From Neodothiora populina (lineage: Eukaryota): 64,000 nt of DNA. Below the pieces are notes generated by a model, which saw only the letters and a list, made by a program, of their open reading frames with translations, was not told the origin of the DNA and ran no database searches. The translations under genes and the position numbers were made by a program. The number at the start of each line of letters is the position of its first letter. The first letter of the stretch is position 1. Below are positions 1-13,857 of the stretch, piece after piece. The DNA lies in assembly GCF_041146345.1 (NCBI RefSeq), contig NW_027191405.1, positions 1,240,001-1,304,000 on the forward strand, read 5' to 3'.

Positions 1-409
1 TTAGCGCTTTGCACTTGGACCCTGTCCTGGAATCGCCCCACCAAGGTACCACCGCCAAACATCAATTGCCGAGCTTCTCTCTCGTTCTCACCGCCCAACA
101 ATTTCCTGCAAGCAAGATTAAGGAAAAGAACTTCAAGTGGTCCGATTTCAGAGTTGCTGCATTAAGAGAATCTCCACTGTTTACACTGGGTACAGAATCC
201 GCTTCTACATCAGCTCCATCGACAAGCACCATGTTCACTTTGCACGTTGATAGATCAAGTAGAATCAGATTCTGCCGCCGAGGAGCAGTGGAATCTCTCA
301 AGGTTTACTTTATGCATAGTCATGAGGTCATCAGGTATTGCACTATCGAGCACTGAACATGTGCCTGCTATGCAAGCATAGTTCTTCGAGATTGTGTGGA
401 TGTGAAGGC

Positions 410-3400
410 TCAAAAGCCAACGTTTCTCTTCCGCTTCTTTCTCGCCGGCGTTGCGCGTCCTCCAAATCTGCCAGGCTCTATCTGACTTGCAGGAAACTGT
501 GGTGCCTGTGTCTGGGTCTGAGTTACTTGCGAGCTGAGCAATGCTGCTCCTTGACTCGCCGCTCCAAACTGCCTGACAGTTGGCAAAGCCATTGCAGGCT
601 GACTGGCGCTGAAGATCTCGGGTGCTTGACTACTGCCAAGGTTCATCGTCCTCGCTTTCTGTGACTCGCGCCTCTGTTTCCGTAGATGCTTCTCGGCTCG
701 CTTCTTGAGTCTGGCACGTTCTTTCGGTGTGAGGTCCTCATCCTCCTCCTCGGCTCGCTTCTCCTGTTGCTTCTGCACAGCCAGCCAGTCGTAGTTATCG
801 GGCTTTTCTCCCAGAGACCAATGGGCAAGCTTTTTGGCAAGTCCCTTAGGCAGAGGCGCAGGAGCAGTCTTTTCCGGGTCAAACCAGGCATATTGCTGTA
901 GTCTCTGAAACTCAGGACACGCCAGCGTCGACGGATGGCTTGACAGAGAAGTTGCTGTGGTCAGTGATGGAGTCGCCGTCGGAGATGGCGTCGGTAGTGA
1001 TCTCTGCGAATCAAATGACCCATCAGTGGGATATGAATGTCTTGACGACATCTCAGGAAAGAAGTCTGTGTCGTCTGTCACAGGCTCATGCGCGATCTTT
1101 TTGAGCCCATAAGCAGCAAGACATACTTCTGCAGCGATTCGTCGCGCCAGCTGTTCCTTGGCCAGACGCACCCTTCCCGGAACTCGTGTCGACAATGACG
1201 TTAACCATTGATGGATCATGCTGTAGTAGGTATCCATGAGGTCTACACGAGACTCTGAGTCGACAGGCAAGCCGAGCACACTTGCGTCGGCTAAGACCTT
1301 AGGCTCAGTTCGCATGTTTTCGAGTGAATTGGGATCGCTCATCTCTAGGTTACTATCGTGCCCAGTATCCTCCGTGCCCGCAAGAATGCGATTGAAGCGA
1401 GAATAAGCTTCGTCCAGATCATCGACAAATATCTCGCACCGACAGAGGTCAGAAAGCATCGGCATCCCGCTTGTATAGTCTTTGCGATCTCTGATATGGT
1501 GTTCCACTCTCGCTAGCGCATCCGATATGGCTTGCGTTTGAATTTTCCAGGGCTGATTGACGGCGCCATAGAACCTTTCATACATGATGGTCCAGTCCTT
1601 ACGATCCGCATCAATGTGATGAGACTCGGTCGCAGTGCCGTCGCCAACGGAAACATCTTTTCTGGGTTCACTAGCAGCCTGGTAATGACGCAAGTAGTCA
1701 TCACAATCAATGAATGCATCGTGTTGCAACCGGGGCATGCCATATGTGACCTTACTATGCCAATTTGGTGCTAAAAACGTTGCATGGGGTCCTGCGGCGC
1801 TGTTCCCAACGTACAACTTCTCAATGACACCAAGGTCGCTAGACAACATGGTCATTGTGTAGAATCTTGCTGAGGAGTCACGATACAGCTGACCGGGACC
1901 AGTGCCACCCCGGCTGCTCTCGGCGAACTCGGCTGCTTGCACGCGAATGCCCAGGGAGTAAGATGAAGCGCTGCGCACAGACGGGTTCTCAGGCAATTTG
2001 ATCATGGTTGGATCCGAAACGGAGAGGAAAGGCACGCTCGAGGTCTGCAGGGACCGACACCGGTAGATGGTCGCTATGGGACTCGATGATGAAGTGATCA
2101 TCACGAAGATGTCTGGCTTGTCTGTCAGCACAGTCAAGAGCAGATCAAGAGCAGGTCAATATTACCTTCTGCGTCTACAAAGGTTGACAAACGGAGGCTG
2201 ACATCCTCAGGATCCCTGAAATGACGGGTCTGGAAAAGGATATAAGCCCCAGCGGTGTCTAATGCATCAGGATCGGAGTCGGAAAAGGGCTCGATTCGCA
2301 AGCAGATCAGGTCGACAGAGGTGAGTACGAAGACAACAGACTTGCTTGCAGGGCCTGCTTGAACATCGAGAATCCAGTGCGGTGTGGCGTCGATTCCAAG
2401 ATCAGGGCAGCGAAGTCGCATAGGTTTGTTCTCGACATGGTACACGGCAAGCGCTCGCCTACTGGCAGCGATCAGTGTAGCAGGATTGGTAGCCCAAGTG
2501 ACTCGACCCCAGCCATCATCAAGCACCACTCCTGCCTGCGCATTGCGATCAAGAGAAGTGTTGGCTGTCGCACCAGCAGCGACCTCGAGTGGCCTTCCAT
2601 AATGAGCAGAGACTTGATATGAAACATCCCAGATGCGCCAAGTGCCGTGATTGTCAATGGTTGCGAAATGTTTGTCATAAAAGGGATTGAAAGTGACATC
2701 CGCCGGGGGCACTGCGTGCAAATGGTCGAGATCCAGGACGTGAGTGGTGACGGTGCGAAAGCGTGAGGGTGAATTGTTGACCTGATCCCAGCAGGCCACA
2801 CCTTTCCTCAAGGAGATGTGCAAGATATGGACCGCCTGATCAGTCCTCACAGCCAGGAAAGGAGTCAAAGCGGTCGAGTCATCCGGAGCTGCAGAGAAGC
2901 AAAGCTGACGGATGGTGTGGACAGCGTTCCAGGTCGCGGATTCGCCGCTGATGCGCGGGACATCTATCCATATGGTCTTGTTGTGCTTCCAGCCTTGCTT
3001 TTGCGGCTGAATCTGCATCAGCGAGACGTGATTAGGCGAGTCGCGAGATGGGAAGGCAGCTATCTGGACAGTCCTCCTGGTCATAAGGTCGGAGACTCTT
3101 CCCAAAGCCAAGAGGTCACCGTTGACAGGATCATGTCGACACGTGACGGCAGTGATGTCTTGTGAGAGGCGTGCGAGCTCAGCAGACAGATGCGCAATTG
3201 GGGCGACTGCGGGCAAGTCGCGTACAAGACCAGACAAATGGGCACGCGTGGTTCTCATAGACTGATGCTGCCTGAGCGCATCGTGCAATAACATGGGCTT
3301 AGAATGCGCACTGCCATTCTTGTCATTGTCGTCATCGTCATCGTGGTTTTCGTCATGGCGTTGCGGCTTCGAGGGCTTGACCGCCCATTGTGAAGGCGCA

Positions 3401-3522
3401 AGAGCTTGGAGGGTTCTGTTGACGCCAAAGTCTCTTCTCGACAACCACGATTTGTCTGTGGTATTGTATAAAATGCAATCTAATTGACCGTAGTTGAGGC
3501 CGTGAGCGGAATGGTCAGCCAT
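410..3522 (-). CDS. RRN6: RNA polymerase I core factor subunit Rrn6/TAF1C-like protein (2 exons)
   Basis: ORFs 2134..3522 and 410..2137 are joined by a GTAATA..GCTGAC..CAG intron (2165-2113). The N-terminus has L(N)YGQL, followed by a beta-propeller region (ADVTFNPF, DDGWGRVTW, WILDV). The C-terminus has LAHWSLGEKPDNYDW, SQ-rich repeats and GRFGGR..KKRKRNVGF, all typical of fungal Rrn6. Confidence 0.8.
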
Positions 3523-3770
3523 CAGGCTTCTTCCGAGGTGCGCGTCGACTAGCAGTAGAAATGGTATGGATCATCGCCAGTGATCAGTGTAGTCCGTTGG
3601 ATTTCTGGTGATGCCGGATAAAGCAGAGCGTCAAGGACTAATAGGAGATAGAAATTAAAATCATGAGACGCAGGAAAACAGAAGGGTATTTGGTGTGCAG
3701 GAAATAAATTATAGAGGCAAGTAAGCAAACCACTTCGAGTCTGATGAACCTGCAGCCAAAGGGAAGTTTT

Positions 3771-3869
3771 ACGCGAGGGAAAGAGCAAAATGTGCCAAGT
3801 TTTGTCTTTGTTTCTTGCCTACTAGTGCCCTTGACAACAAAGTCCGAGCTAAGTCCGCGGCTTGTTTAC
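3771..3869. promoter_or_regulatory. Candidate cell-cycle elements in the RRN6/SPC25 divergent promoter (MCB/SCB-like ACGCGA; forkhead TGTTTAC)
   Basis: ACGCGA at 3771-3776 and TGTTTAC at 3863-3869, upstream of a kinetochore gene. These are short motifs and their function is inferred. Confidence 0.35.
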
Positions 3870-4053
3870 TTTTCGTCTTTGTCTGTAAATCATCGTCGTC
3901 GTCACATGATTGCCGTTCAAACACCCCTTCGACTTTTGCTATCGCCCATTTCTGCTATCACACTATCCGACTCTCGTCGCAAGACTGTCATACTCTCAAC
4001 ATAAAGATATTGCGCCGACCCACGAAAATACAAAATCTGTCAACACATAGATT

Positions 4054-4918
4054 ATGGCTTCCGTAATGCATACCCCTAGCCACGGGCGATTCGACACAGC
4101 CTTTGCCTCCAGCTCTATGCGTCAACCATACTCATTCGATGGCCCCTCCATGCTTGATACCCTTCCAAACACCAACTTTGGCTTCGATGATCTTCGCGAA
4201 AGGATGGCTCAATTCACAGTTCGCTTCGATGATTTCATCGAACGAGGCCGCAAGCGCTTGCTTGAAGAGCGTAATCAATTTCGCCTGAACCTGGCTGAGT
4301 TACAAGGTATGCAACCCTTGGCTGCTGCTTCTTATTCTAGTATGCTTTTGCTCACTCAGCTGTGTCGCAGAATCTCAACGTGCGCGAAAGCGCCAGCTTG
4401 AGGATATTTCCAACAAAACCATTGCACACGAGAATCAACTCGAAAGGGAGGCCCAGGAGCAGGAGGAAATGCAACAAGCCATCTCTCATCTCGAATCCCA
4501 ACGCGAGGAGCAACAAGCTCGTCGTGACGATCTACGATCTCAAATCTCCGAACTCCAGAAAGCTATTCAAGTCCGTCGTCAAGCCCAACAGTCTCATCAA
4601 CGCAAACTTGACAGCCAAGCACGTCACAATCTTCCCGAGCTCCACTTCTGGGAGTCTCATCTCTGTATGCGCATCGATGGTTCGGAAGATGCCGACAAGC
4701 TCAACTTTACATACACTCATATCGACGAGCAGGATTGGAGTAGAGAGTGTTCCTTCCAACTGCTTATGTCCGGGACTCAATACTCCATTCCTTCGACCGA
4801 GCCGAAGTTGGAGCCTGATGCAGTGGACGCTGTTGTGGAACGATTGGTGGAATCAAGGCAGCTGGCACCTTTCCTCAAGGCAATGCGCTCTCTCTTTGTC
4901 CACGCTATACGATCCTGA
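4054..4918 (+). CDS. SPC25: Kinetochore Ndc80 complex subunit Spc25
   Basis: Motif LPNTNFGFDDLRERMAQFTVRFDDFIERGRKRLLEERNQF, then a coiled coil, then an RWD-like domain (NLPELHFWESHLCMRIDG...FLKAMRSLF). One intron GTATGC..CAG at about 4307-4370. Confidence 0.9.
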
Positions 4919-5311
4919 GTCTGCGTTTTCTTTTTTCCTTTTCTCTTCCATTTAATGATACCCCGAAGTAGTGTCATTCTGAAGCGTCTTTTCACATGCC
5001 GGTTTTGGCCGTAATGTTCGTTCCCACCACAGGCCCGGAAGGTCAGACTTTTCTGTTGGAAGCGGCCTTGATGCGAGCGACCTTACAGTAGTTTCCTAAT
5101 GTCATAATGCCATGTCGTAATTTAAGTCAAAAGTCCTGTCATGCATGATGTTGCTAGTAGGCATTCACCTAAGCCATGCCAAGAAATCAACTCTGAAGCG
5201 ACCCTGTTGTACCTCTCTGCTTCCCTACTAAGGTATTCATTCGGAGACTTCAGTATTCACATCTTCATACTTCCAACAAAGCGATATTGCTATAATACGC
5301 CTCCCAGAAAA

Positions 5312-5840
5312 ATGCCTCCTTCCGGAGACTTACGCAAAGCTGCCCGAGAGACAATCGATATTCTCCACGAGATTTCTCTGCTTCTTGTACGTGAAGCCTC
5401 CACTCATTCCTTCCCATGAGAGCATGTCTACCTTGCGTGTCTTCTGTCGAACGCATGACGAAGTCATCAGTGAAAGATCTTCCAATGAATCAACAATGGC
5501 AAATGTGTCACGGAGCGAGAATGTGCTAACAATCGACGCGACTCACAGAATACAAACCTCGACCGTCAAGCTCTTTCGTACTGCGTCTCTCTCATTGAAA
5601 ACGGAGTGAACCCGGATGCTCTTACTGTAAGTCTACGCGCATTGATTCAGCTCTTCTTCTCTTCGTCGTTCTTTCTCATATTTGCCTACAATCATGGACT
5701 TGATGTTGCTTATCGTGGTCACCGCTCTGCACATATTGATTCACAATTGTTTCTGCTAGACCGTCATCAAAGAAATTCGAGCTAGGACCGAGGACGGCGC
5801 TGCATTTGGCTCTGGAGTACGAAAACAGGACAAGTACTGA
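5312..5840 (+). CDS. MZT1: Mitotic-spindle organizing protein 1 (gamma-tubulin complex, MOZART1), 77 aa, 3 exons
   Basis: Exons 5312-5386, 5549-5626 and 5760-5840 (GT..AG introns) splice to [58 protein letters not shown]..., the MOZART1 signature. The ORF track misses it as a unit. Confidence 0.92.
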
Positions 5841-6237
5841 ATCCTGGTCGTTTTGTTTCGATGCTTGATACCCACAATTTATTTCGAACCTTGGACAGGG
5901 GCGTTCGAGGGCGACCCTGGTGCAACATGCACCTGCGGGAGTCGCATTGTCTCTAAAATTTACGAAACGTCCTCATTCGGTAAATATACTGCAAGCGATT
6001 ACTGGCATGCTCGAACCGGACTGCTTTTCAAGCGAAGCCAATATTTGCTGTATTCTTGTTGTCATGTTTTAAAAGCTTCACTTTCGCCAATTGCCTCTCA
6101 CGAGGATACTGGACATTCACTGCGTAGGTGTGTTCCCATTGCTAGACTGATACTACGGTTCTCCATGATCTTGAGTCCTGAGTCTGATCGACTGTGGAAT
6201 TGTCTTCCGCTACAACCGCTACGATGATAGTACCCCT

Positions 6238-8376
6238 TCACAAGGTCATGGTGGTAGAGAGTAGATTCTGTATCGCCAAGAGCTTCGATAACGCCATCAT
6301 AACCACGGTCTTATCCTCAAGCAACAGGATTGAACATCTCATGGCTATGGCTATCAGCCACTTCCTGGTTGTTTCTGCTTCGTAGCGCTGCCGAGCATCA
6401 CTTCCACTCTCATCAGAAACTTGACCTACTTTGTTGCATGCCGCCCCAGAGACCAGAGCTATCCATAGCAAAACACCAACCATGTCGCCCCAACACGAGA
6501 ACATATCGGTCTGGGCCAGCACCTGTTTCATTCTCAGTGGCGTGAATCCGCCGAAGACATGCTGCACTTTATCTTCAGGCCTTGGTGGACGTGCTGCGAC
6601 CGACAATGGAATCTCATACCAGATCGCGGATGCACTAAGGCGAGCGCATAGCCGTACAGCTTCGTAGATTGCGTCCTCATCATCTCTGGCGGATGCGAAT
6701 ATCTTGTAGACCGTCGCATACAAGCGCGATCGTGAGGCCCGAATGCCTGTTCCTCGTGATTTTGGAGTTGCGATGAGGTCTGGAGTTTGTTGTGCCACTC
6801 GAGCCTCCTGCAGCTCAACCGCTGCGTCTGTCAGATTCTTGGCGAGTCGCAGGATCTCAAGAGTCCTAGGAGTACAGCTTGATGATCTGCGGACTATCAG
6901 GAAGTCCCCGAACGGCAAGAATAATGGAGATTCTGGTGTGTGGATATCGAACGGTGACCCTGCAACCGAGGCTTTCACTCGTTCGATGTGCATCAGATAT
7001 TCTGGTCGCGGCTGTGACTCGTGGAAGACGGCGAGTTGACAGCTGATACTGTAACAAGAATCGTCAGCTTCTCTCAAACGCATATACAAAGTCCGCGCGT
7101 CGAAAAGCACGCGATTTTTGGATTATGTGTCTGGCGTACGTCTACATGAGATTGTTCTCGGGTGCGCGATGGACTCACATAACGACCATGGCCGCGACTG
7201 TCCAGCCTCCACCGCCGAGTCTATCCAGTCCTCCACGCTGTGCAACCATGGTCCAAAGGCCTTGTTCATGCAGCTGCAAGACTGAGTCGTTTGCAAGCAT
7301 CAGCTCGGCGGACAGCAAATGCAGGACTGTGACTATAGTCGCATCGCTGGTCCGTGTCTCCTCGTGGTTCAGGTTCTTGTTGATCAGTCGTATTACCTCT
7401 TCAAACACGGCCCTGATCTTGGTACTTGTCATCGCTCCGGTCGCCTGCATCGCATCGAGGTATGCTGCAGGCAGACACAAACTACTTAGATAAGTCTCGT
7501 GGGTCATGGACAAGATGGGGATCCATCTTCGCTTGATGGTGCAGTTGCCGAAATGGTGTATGCCTGGTCGGAGAGTGTATTAGCAGGAGAAGTGTTCTTC
7601 TATGTGCTCGATCACTTACACTGATGCCGAAGATGCTCGACGTCTATCTCGGGATGCTCGAAGCGTGGCATTGACCCGAATGGATCCGAATGACTTCTTT
7701 GCGCGAGACGTCCGTCGCGTACGTCGAAGAGTTGGACAGCGAAGTTGAGTTTCTGCGAAGAAGCGTCTGCAAGCGGTAACATGAGACTATCTGCACGAGC
7801 ACGACTGTCTAGCTGTGTTGCCTCGCACGACGAAGTCAAGGTCTCATGACTGTCATGCGGAAAGTCACTGAAGCCTCCCTGACCAATATGAGAAGACTGA
7901 GTTCGTGGTGCCGAACGCGCCATTCCGTCACCATCACCGACTCCAGCGCTAGCCGACGACGATATTAAGAGCTCAGGATCGCGTGCACGACTTTTCCTCA
8001 GTAGACTCGAAGCACCAGAGTGAGCGTCGCGACTCTTCCTACGCTTGTCGACTCTGCCATCATGTCGTACCTGCGGATCTTTGCCACCAGGTCTTCGAAG
8101 TCCCTTCTGGAGATACGTCCTCATGACATGAACACGATTATCTCTCATGGTGTCCTTATCGAAGGGCTGACTCGGATCCGTGATGGAGACCCATCGAAGC
8201 TCGGTTGAAGTCGGGGTGTTGATCGGTCTTGATGTCGCTTGCTGTACGGAGGAAGTCATTGTCGAGGCGTGGTTGTTTGGCCTGCATGGATGACTCGTCG
8301 ACTGCTGTTGTATACTAGGGTCTTGACCAGCGGACTCATGGATGTCTCGTGATGCGTGATGGGGAGAAGGCATCAT
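6238..8376 (-). CDS. Fungal-specific transcription-factor-domain protein without a Zn cluster (spliced)
   Basis: ORFs 7612..8376, 7175..7513 and 6238..7110 can be joined by GT..AG introns. Motifs include N-terminal WVSIT...RVHVMR, DPFGSMP, SDATIVTVLHLL...LHEQGLWTMVAQRGGLDRLG and C-terminal WGDMVGVLLWIALVSGAA, typical of this fungal family. Confidence 0.65.
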
Positions 8377-10315
8377 TCTCGCTGCTTAATGGTAGTCACA
8401 TGAGGTCGACATCTAAATTGTGCAGAACCCGAACAAAGACCCGTATCGCATACTAAGAACCGTGTGATACACCAAGCGGTCTCACACAGACTTTATGCGA
8501 AATCAGAGTCTATACGAAACGCAATCCACAAAGTTGAATCTACGTTGTGCTACAAAAGAGGCAAACGCATCAACAAATCAGATCAAGACTACAGGTGTGC
8601 GTCACTAGTACATGTCGAAACAGCAGTGATGGATGCAACTTGACGTCAAGACATCAAGAGGATCTAGATAAGGTATACGGTAGTACTCAGTACACCGAAA
8701 GTCTACAAGCTTCGAATAAATGTCACACAGTGTCTGGTGTGTATAGTAGCAGCACGTGAGACACGGTGAGATCAAGGCAAGTCTAGACACGGGGAAGGCT
8801 CAGTAATGCGAGAGATCCCACATCAGGCCTCCCTTGTGCAACAGCAGTCTTGCTGCCACTGTCGCCGCTACCCGTCGCCCTTCTGTCATTTTCTCCTTCC
8901 TTCACGCCAGGCCTTACATCCTGTATGAATCTGCAGTACAGGCAGCGAGGAAATTGCAGGAAGTGAGCAGGGTAGTTGTATGCAGCACGAAAGAAAAGGA
9001 GGCCTGATACAGTAAATGGGACGCCTCGATTTCCCCCCCCCCCCGGCATTCTGGATATACTGGGTTCAGGCGTCCTTAGTGAGCATGGGTAGTTTGAGTG
9101 TACAGTAGGTGATTCAGTCGGCGCGCTACATATTACATGGCATGGCATTGTCCCGTCTAGCACTGTACCGCGTTTTGCATTATGATGACGATTGACTAGA
9201 TAGGCAGATAGAGCATTAACTAGGATCCATTACATGGCTTGATGACCGCGGGACGGGAGGGATAGGCCGGAGTAGGATAAGGTATGACAGGACAAGAAAA
9301 GACAGGATAAGATTGTGATATTTCCATGTGTGTCTTCATGTATGTATATATAGCCCCTTTTCGGCGAGATACCGCTGACTAACTTAGGACCACTGTCTCA
9401 TCGGCCTGCGGCTATTCGCAAAGTGTTATCGCTGTTGTTTTTGGTGTGTGCGATCATATTTTGGGATAATATCTGATATGATTCTGATAGTAGTAAGTCC
9501 CACGTATTGTTCAACCTCTCACGCTCAATCGGTTGATATTTCGCCCTCTACTTTGCGACCGTGTTTCTGATTGCTTGCGTTAGGCTCACTCTTCTCAGGT
9601 GACTCAGGGACACCTCCGCTTATAGGTGGCAGCTGCTTTTCATGGCACTAGACTCTACTTCTGTACTTTGCCGATGCCATACGACTTTGAAGCCACATGA
9701 TTGAGAGCTCGAGTGCTCTAGGCTACTGCATAGAGACGCCGAGACTTACTCATAGCTCTAGTCGTTGTCTTGAGCGTGGTAGACTCAGGGCCTGTTAGGC
9801 CCTGAGGTCCCAAAGATGGCAGTAGTGGTAGCTTAGATGGCGCGTTCCCTATCGCAGATAGGCCTGGAGTAATTGTACATAGCTCAAACATTCATGCGAG
9901 GATTGATTTCTGCCAAGATAGCACAGGTCGTGCGGAAAGCACTGAGCTCCATGGGCTAAAGTCCAGGACGTAGGTAGCTAGCCTTCACGCTGGCAACGTC
10001 CAAAGCAGGAGCATCCATTCATGATACTTGACAGCGTCTTCGTGGACTCGATACTCTGTCTTGCAACAAGGCTTGCACTCTCGACTTGGTGAAAGCAGGC
10101 TGTGAGACGTTGGGGTCAGCTTCAGACCATTGATACATGGACAGAGACGCGAAAATGCTCTGGCGGAGCAGCTTATGGGTTTGTCGCTAGGTTCACAAAG
10201 CTCCCTGGTAGATTCGAAAATATTGCTTTGAGATCACGCCTTGTCTAGCATCTCCCGTCTCTCCTTGCTTGTCACGGCGCAAGTACAGTGGTAGTCGACA
10301 TCATATGATGCTGTT

Positions 10316-13300
10316 TCACTGGGCTGATATGCCATTACCAAAATAGCCGCCTCCGCCATTCACATGCGCAGTATTATTCGCAGTCTTGATGGCAGCATCG
10401 ATAGAGCCCGTCGCCTTGGGTCGTTCTCCAGGAACAGACAAATTGTTGCCATGGCTCAGAGTCTTCAATCCTGCCGAAGCAAAGACAGACTTTAGCAGCT
10501 CGCCGCTCTCGTCGATGCCGACTACAAACCGTGCCAGCTCTTTGCACAGCTCCCAGTCACCTTCTTGACTGGCTCGAGCGAGCAGCGTTGCGATCTGCTG
10601 CGCATTGAAACTGCCTTCGTCGAAAGCGTGCAGAATCAAAAGATAGCTTCCGGCTGTCTTCAGCATTCCCTTGTTCAGTGACTCTTCGAATAACGACTGC
10701 ACTGGAGGTAGACATTTGAACAGCGTGATCCAACTGCGGAGCTCGGTCTTGCGAGTACATCCCGCCACGATGTCCAAGTATGTAGGGAAGGAAGACAAAA
10801 ACGACAACACGCTGGGCAACAGTGCTGTCTCTGTCGGTTCGGGCGATGCGTCCACTTCTTCGTCGAGAACGTTGTGAAGAAGTATTTCGAGGGAGTGCGA
10901 AAAGTATGGAAGCTTGCGGTAATAATGTGACAGATGCAGCGCTGCAGAAGAGTCGTACTGGGCCAGATGATGTCGTAGAAGTGCCGGAATAAACAAATGG
11001 GTGCGCGGCATCGTGCGAAAGTAAGAAAAGTCGACATCCCGTCGCTGTACCAGTTCAGGCTCCATGCCCGTTATTATCCCCTTTTCGACCATAATCGACA
11101 AGGGATAAAAATCCGTGGGGATTTCTACTGGCGGTGGGATCTCGCGTTCGAGCTCTGTTGGTGCGGACGAAAGAACGTCAAGAATCTCCGGCCAGACGTG
11201 AACGGCGGTACCATTGAAGTACCAGAGAGAATCCCGCAGGCCTTGACTTTGTGGCTCAAGTGCAAGAGGACCAGCGTTCAGGTGCAGGGGCGATGACAAC
11301 TGCGTGGTAGTAAGCCAACCCGGAGACTCGCGCGAGAGCGTATAAAATTCTACATCGTGCGCGATGACTCGCATGTCGTATTTCAGCTCTCCGTGTTCGT
11401 TGGCAGATGGTTGCAGCAACACCAGCTTAGCGTCCACAAGAAACAGTACAGCTGCAGTGGCCACATCTTGTGATGGGTCACCGTTTTCTGGGACAAAGTC
11501 AGATAATCTGTGACTAAGACATTAATAGAATTGCGAATTGCACTTACCTCGCTGTTGCTCGGGCAGCACCCAGCTGATTGAACGCACTCGTGGAGGTGCT
11601 CGAATGATGCCGTGAAAGGCGATCTGACCCACCTGAGCCAAGCGCACGGACTTGTTTGACGAGACGAAAATGTAGTGGAGCAGTATGTTCTCGTACGTGT
11701 ATACCAACACAGAGTCTTCCCCGGAAACGGCGATGCACACAACAGGATACGCAAGTGTTTCTGTGTGCAGGACTTGCGAGTTGTCGAGGGACTTTTCCCG
11801 TGAGTAGAGTCGCACCTAGCAAAAGTCATTAGCTCCGAGGGTCAAGAACGTGGGCCAACAATCAGTTACCTGGTAGCTGTTCCCCGACTCCACCGCTGCG
11901 ACAAGGATGTGCTGCCACCAACACATGCCGCCTCTCACTGTGAAAGAATCTTCCTGCCCGGGATCATCAAATGTCTTCCACCGGCCACTGCCAACACTAT
12001 AATTGGCCAAGCCACGGCGTCCAGCGACTGCTATGTATCTTCCATCAGGCGATACAACGCTCAGACGGATGGGCCACTGCGAGGCGAGATAAGCCTGTGG
12101 AATCTGTACAGTCTGCCAGAGTGAAGTCTCGCCTGAGATTGTGGTCGCACCGGTTGCATCGAGGCCCTTGTAGATCATGATGCTCGTGCTTGCCTGCAGT
12201 AGAGACCTCGCAATGTTGGGCATGGAGAAACAACCCGTGGCGCTGCTTCTCGCAACCTCGAGGACATGAAGATGCGGCGTCTGGAACCCCAGAAGCACTA
12301 TTTCGCTACCAGCTCCGATCCAGAAGCTGTCCTTGACGCCTCCAAGCCACTGCTCTTGGCTACTGTCAAGCATCGACCGATCGGCTGTGAAGGTGTTTGC
12401 ACCCGGTCTACCATAAACACTCCACAGCGCCCAGCCTTTCTCGTATCCGACGAACAAGCAATAGCCATCAGGAGAGTAATTCATGCAGGTGACCTTTCCA
12501 GACGTGTCCGCAGAGACTGGCAGGCTCAACTCGTGAGACGAAGGAATGTTACCAAGATAGTCTTTGGCAGCGTACACACGGATCTTGCAGTCTGCGCAGG
12601 CGACAGCTATAAGTGAAAACCGAGCGTTGATGGCTGCTTTGGTAGCATATGTGCTTTTGTCTTGTGGGATGTGGAAGCAAAAGCCCTTGAACAGAGATTT
12701 GGGGTTCGCAGGATCAACATTACTGCCAGAAAGTCTCTGCACCGCATACACCCGGCCGTTATTTGTTATCCAGGTGTGTAGGTTCATCGGTCTGTCGTAG
12801 AATATGTCGATGATGGAAGTCTTCTCGGCAAGCCAGGACATACGCTTCAGCAACTCGGTGCTGTGCGACGAACCCCTCTCGTCGGGCGACCAGCGTATGC
12901 ATTGAATTGCTGCGGGCTTGACGGTAGCCACGACAAGCTCCTCATCCAGGACCAGTGACTTGGAGATGCCCGCATCTATCCGAATCACCATCCTGAAGCG
13001 TATGTTGACCTCCCAAATACCCTCGCCCTCGCCTGGTCCATTTCCAGCTGGTATACTTGGCCTCCGGAAGCCGTCTGTGCTGGCACGTCTGGTGTGCGAA
13101 CCATTGATACTGTAAATCTGAGGCTGGTAGACGCGAGCGGATGGGTCCGTAGCCAGGGAATATGTCACGAGAAAGCCTTTCTCGGTCTGTACAACTATGA
13201 TAAGAGCATCTGGACGCAAGAGTAGTGCGGTGTTTGATCCATACGTGTCCAGTGAGCGCTCAGACCGAATGACCGTCGCAAGAGCTGCAGTAGGCTGTGA

Positions 13301-13692
13301 TGGCATGGTCAGTAACACTTAAACAAATGCGCAAAGCGGCACACGCGACCGAGTAGAGCGGATATAAGGCCCACCTTGGTCTGCCACACGGTAAGGGACG
13401 ATCTAGTAATACTCGCAAAGACATTTCCGCCTCTGGCTATCTTGATGTCGATTGTGTCTTGAGCGGCATTCGAATCCCGGGAGGAGGCTGGCGCAGCAGG
13501 TAAATCGTTGACCACAGGCTCTTGTCCTCCATCTTCTCCTCCATCACGAGTCGCAGGCCGACTAATACGGTGGGCACTAGTATCATCATCGTTGCTGTCG
13601 TCGCTTTTGATCAGGTCTGATGTATCTGCGTTGTCGTTGCTGTTGTTGTTACTGCGGCGATTCACACGAGTAGTAGTAGAAGTAGCTGCATC

Positions 13693-13730
<38 letters not shown>

Positions 13731-13857
13731 GGGATAATGTGTTTGCATTGTTATCCAAGCCGTCATTGCATACGACCAAGCCTCCGCCGCCGCCACGCGT
13801 GAGTGCTGTATGCTTGGAAGCAGCGTATATCTTGGGTGCCCCAATGGGCCAGTACAT
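10316..13857 (-). CDS. RIC1: Ric1, subunit of the Ric1-Rgp1 GEF for Ypt6/Rab6 (4 exons)
   Basis: Starts MYWPIGAPKIY, followed by WD-like repeats (GRYIAVAGRRGLANYSVGSGRWK) and the RIC1 C-terminal domain (YFSHSLEILLHNVLDEE, CTRKTELRSW, DWELCKELARF). Four ORF pieces are linked by GT..AG introns. Confidence 0.92.
13693..13729. repeat. (TCA/GAT)n trinucleotide microsatellite encoding poly-Asp in the Ric1 N-terminal insert
   Basis: About 12 tandem CAT units, translating as HDDDDDDDDDDDED. Confidence 0.9.

Noticed and set aside
1..356. Plus-strand frame open from the window edge (possible 3' end of an upstream gene)
   Set aside because: No recognisable domain, and it cannot be judged without the upstream sequence.
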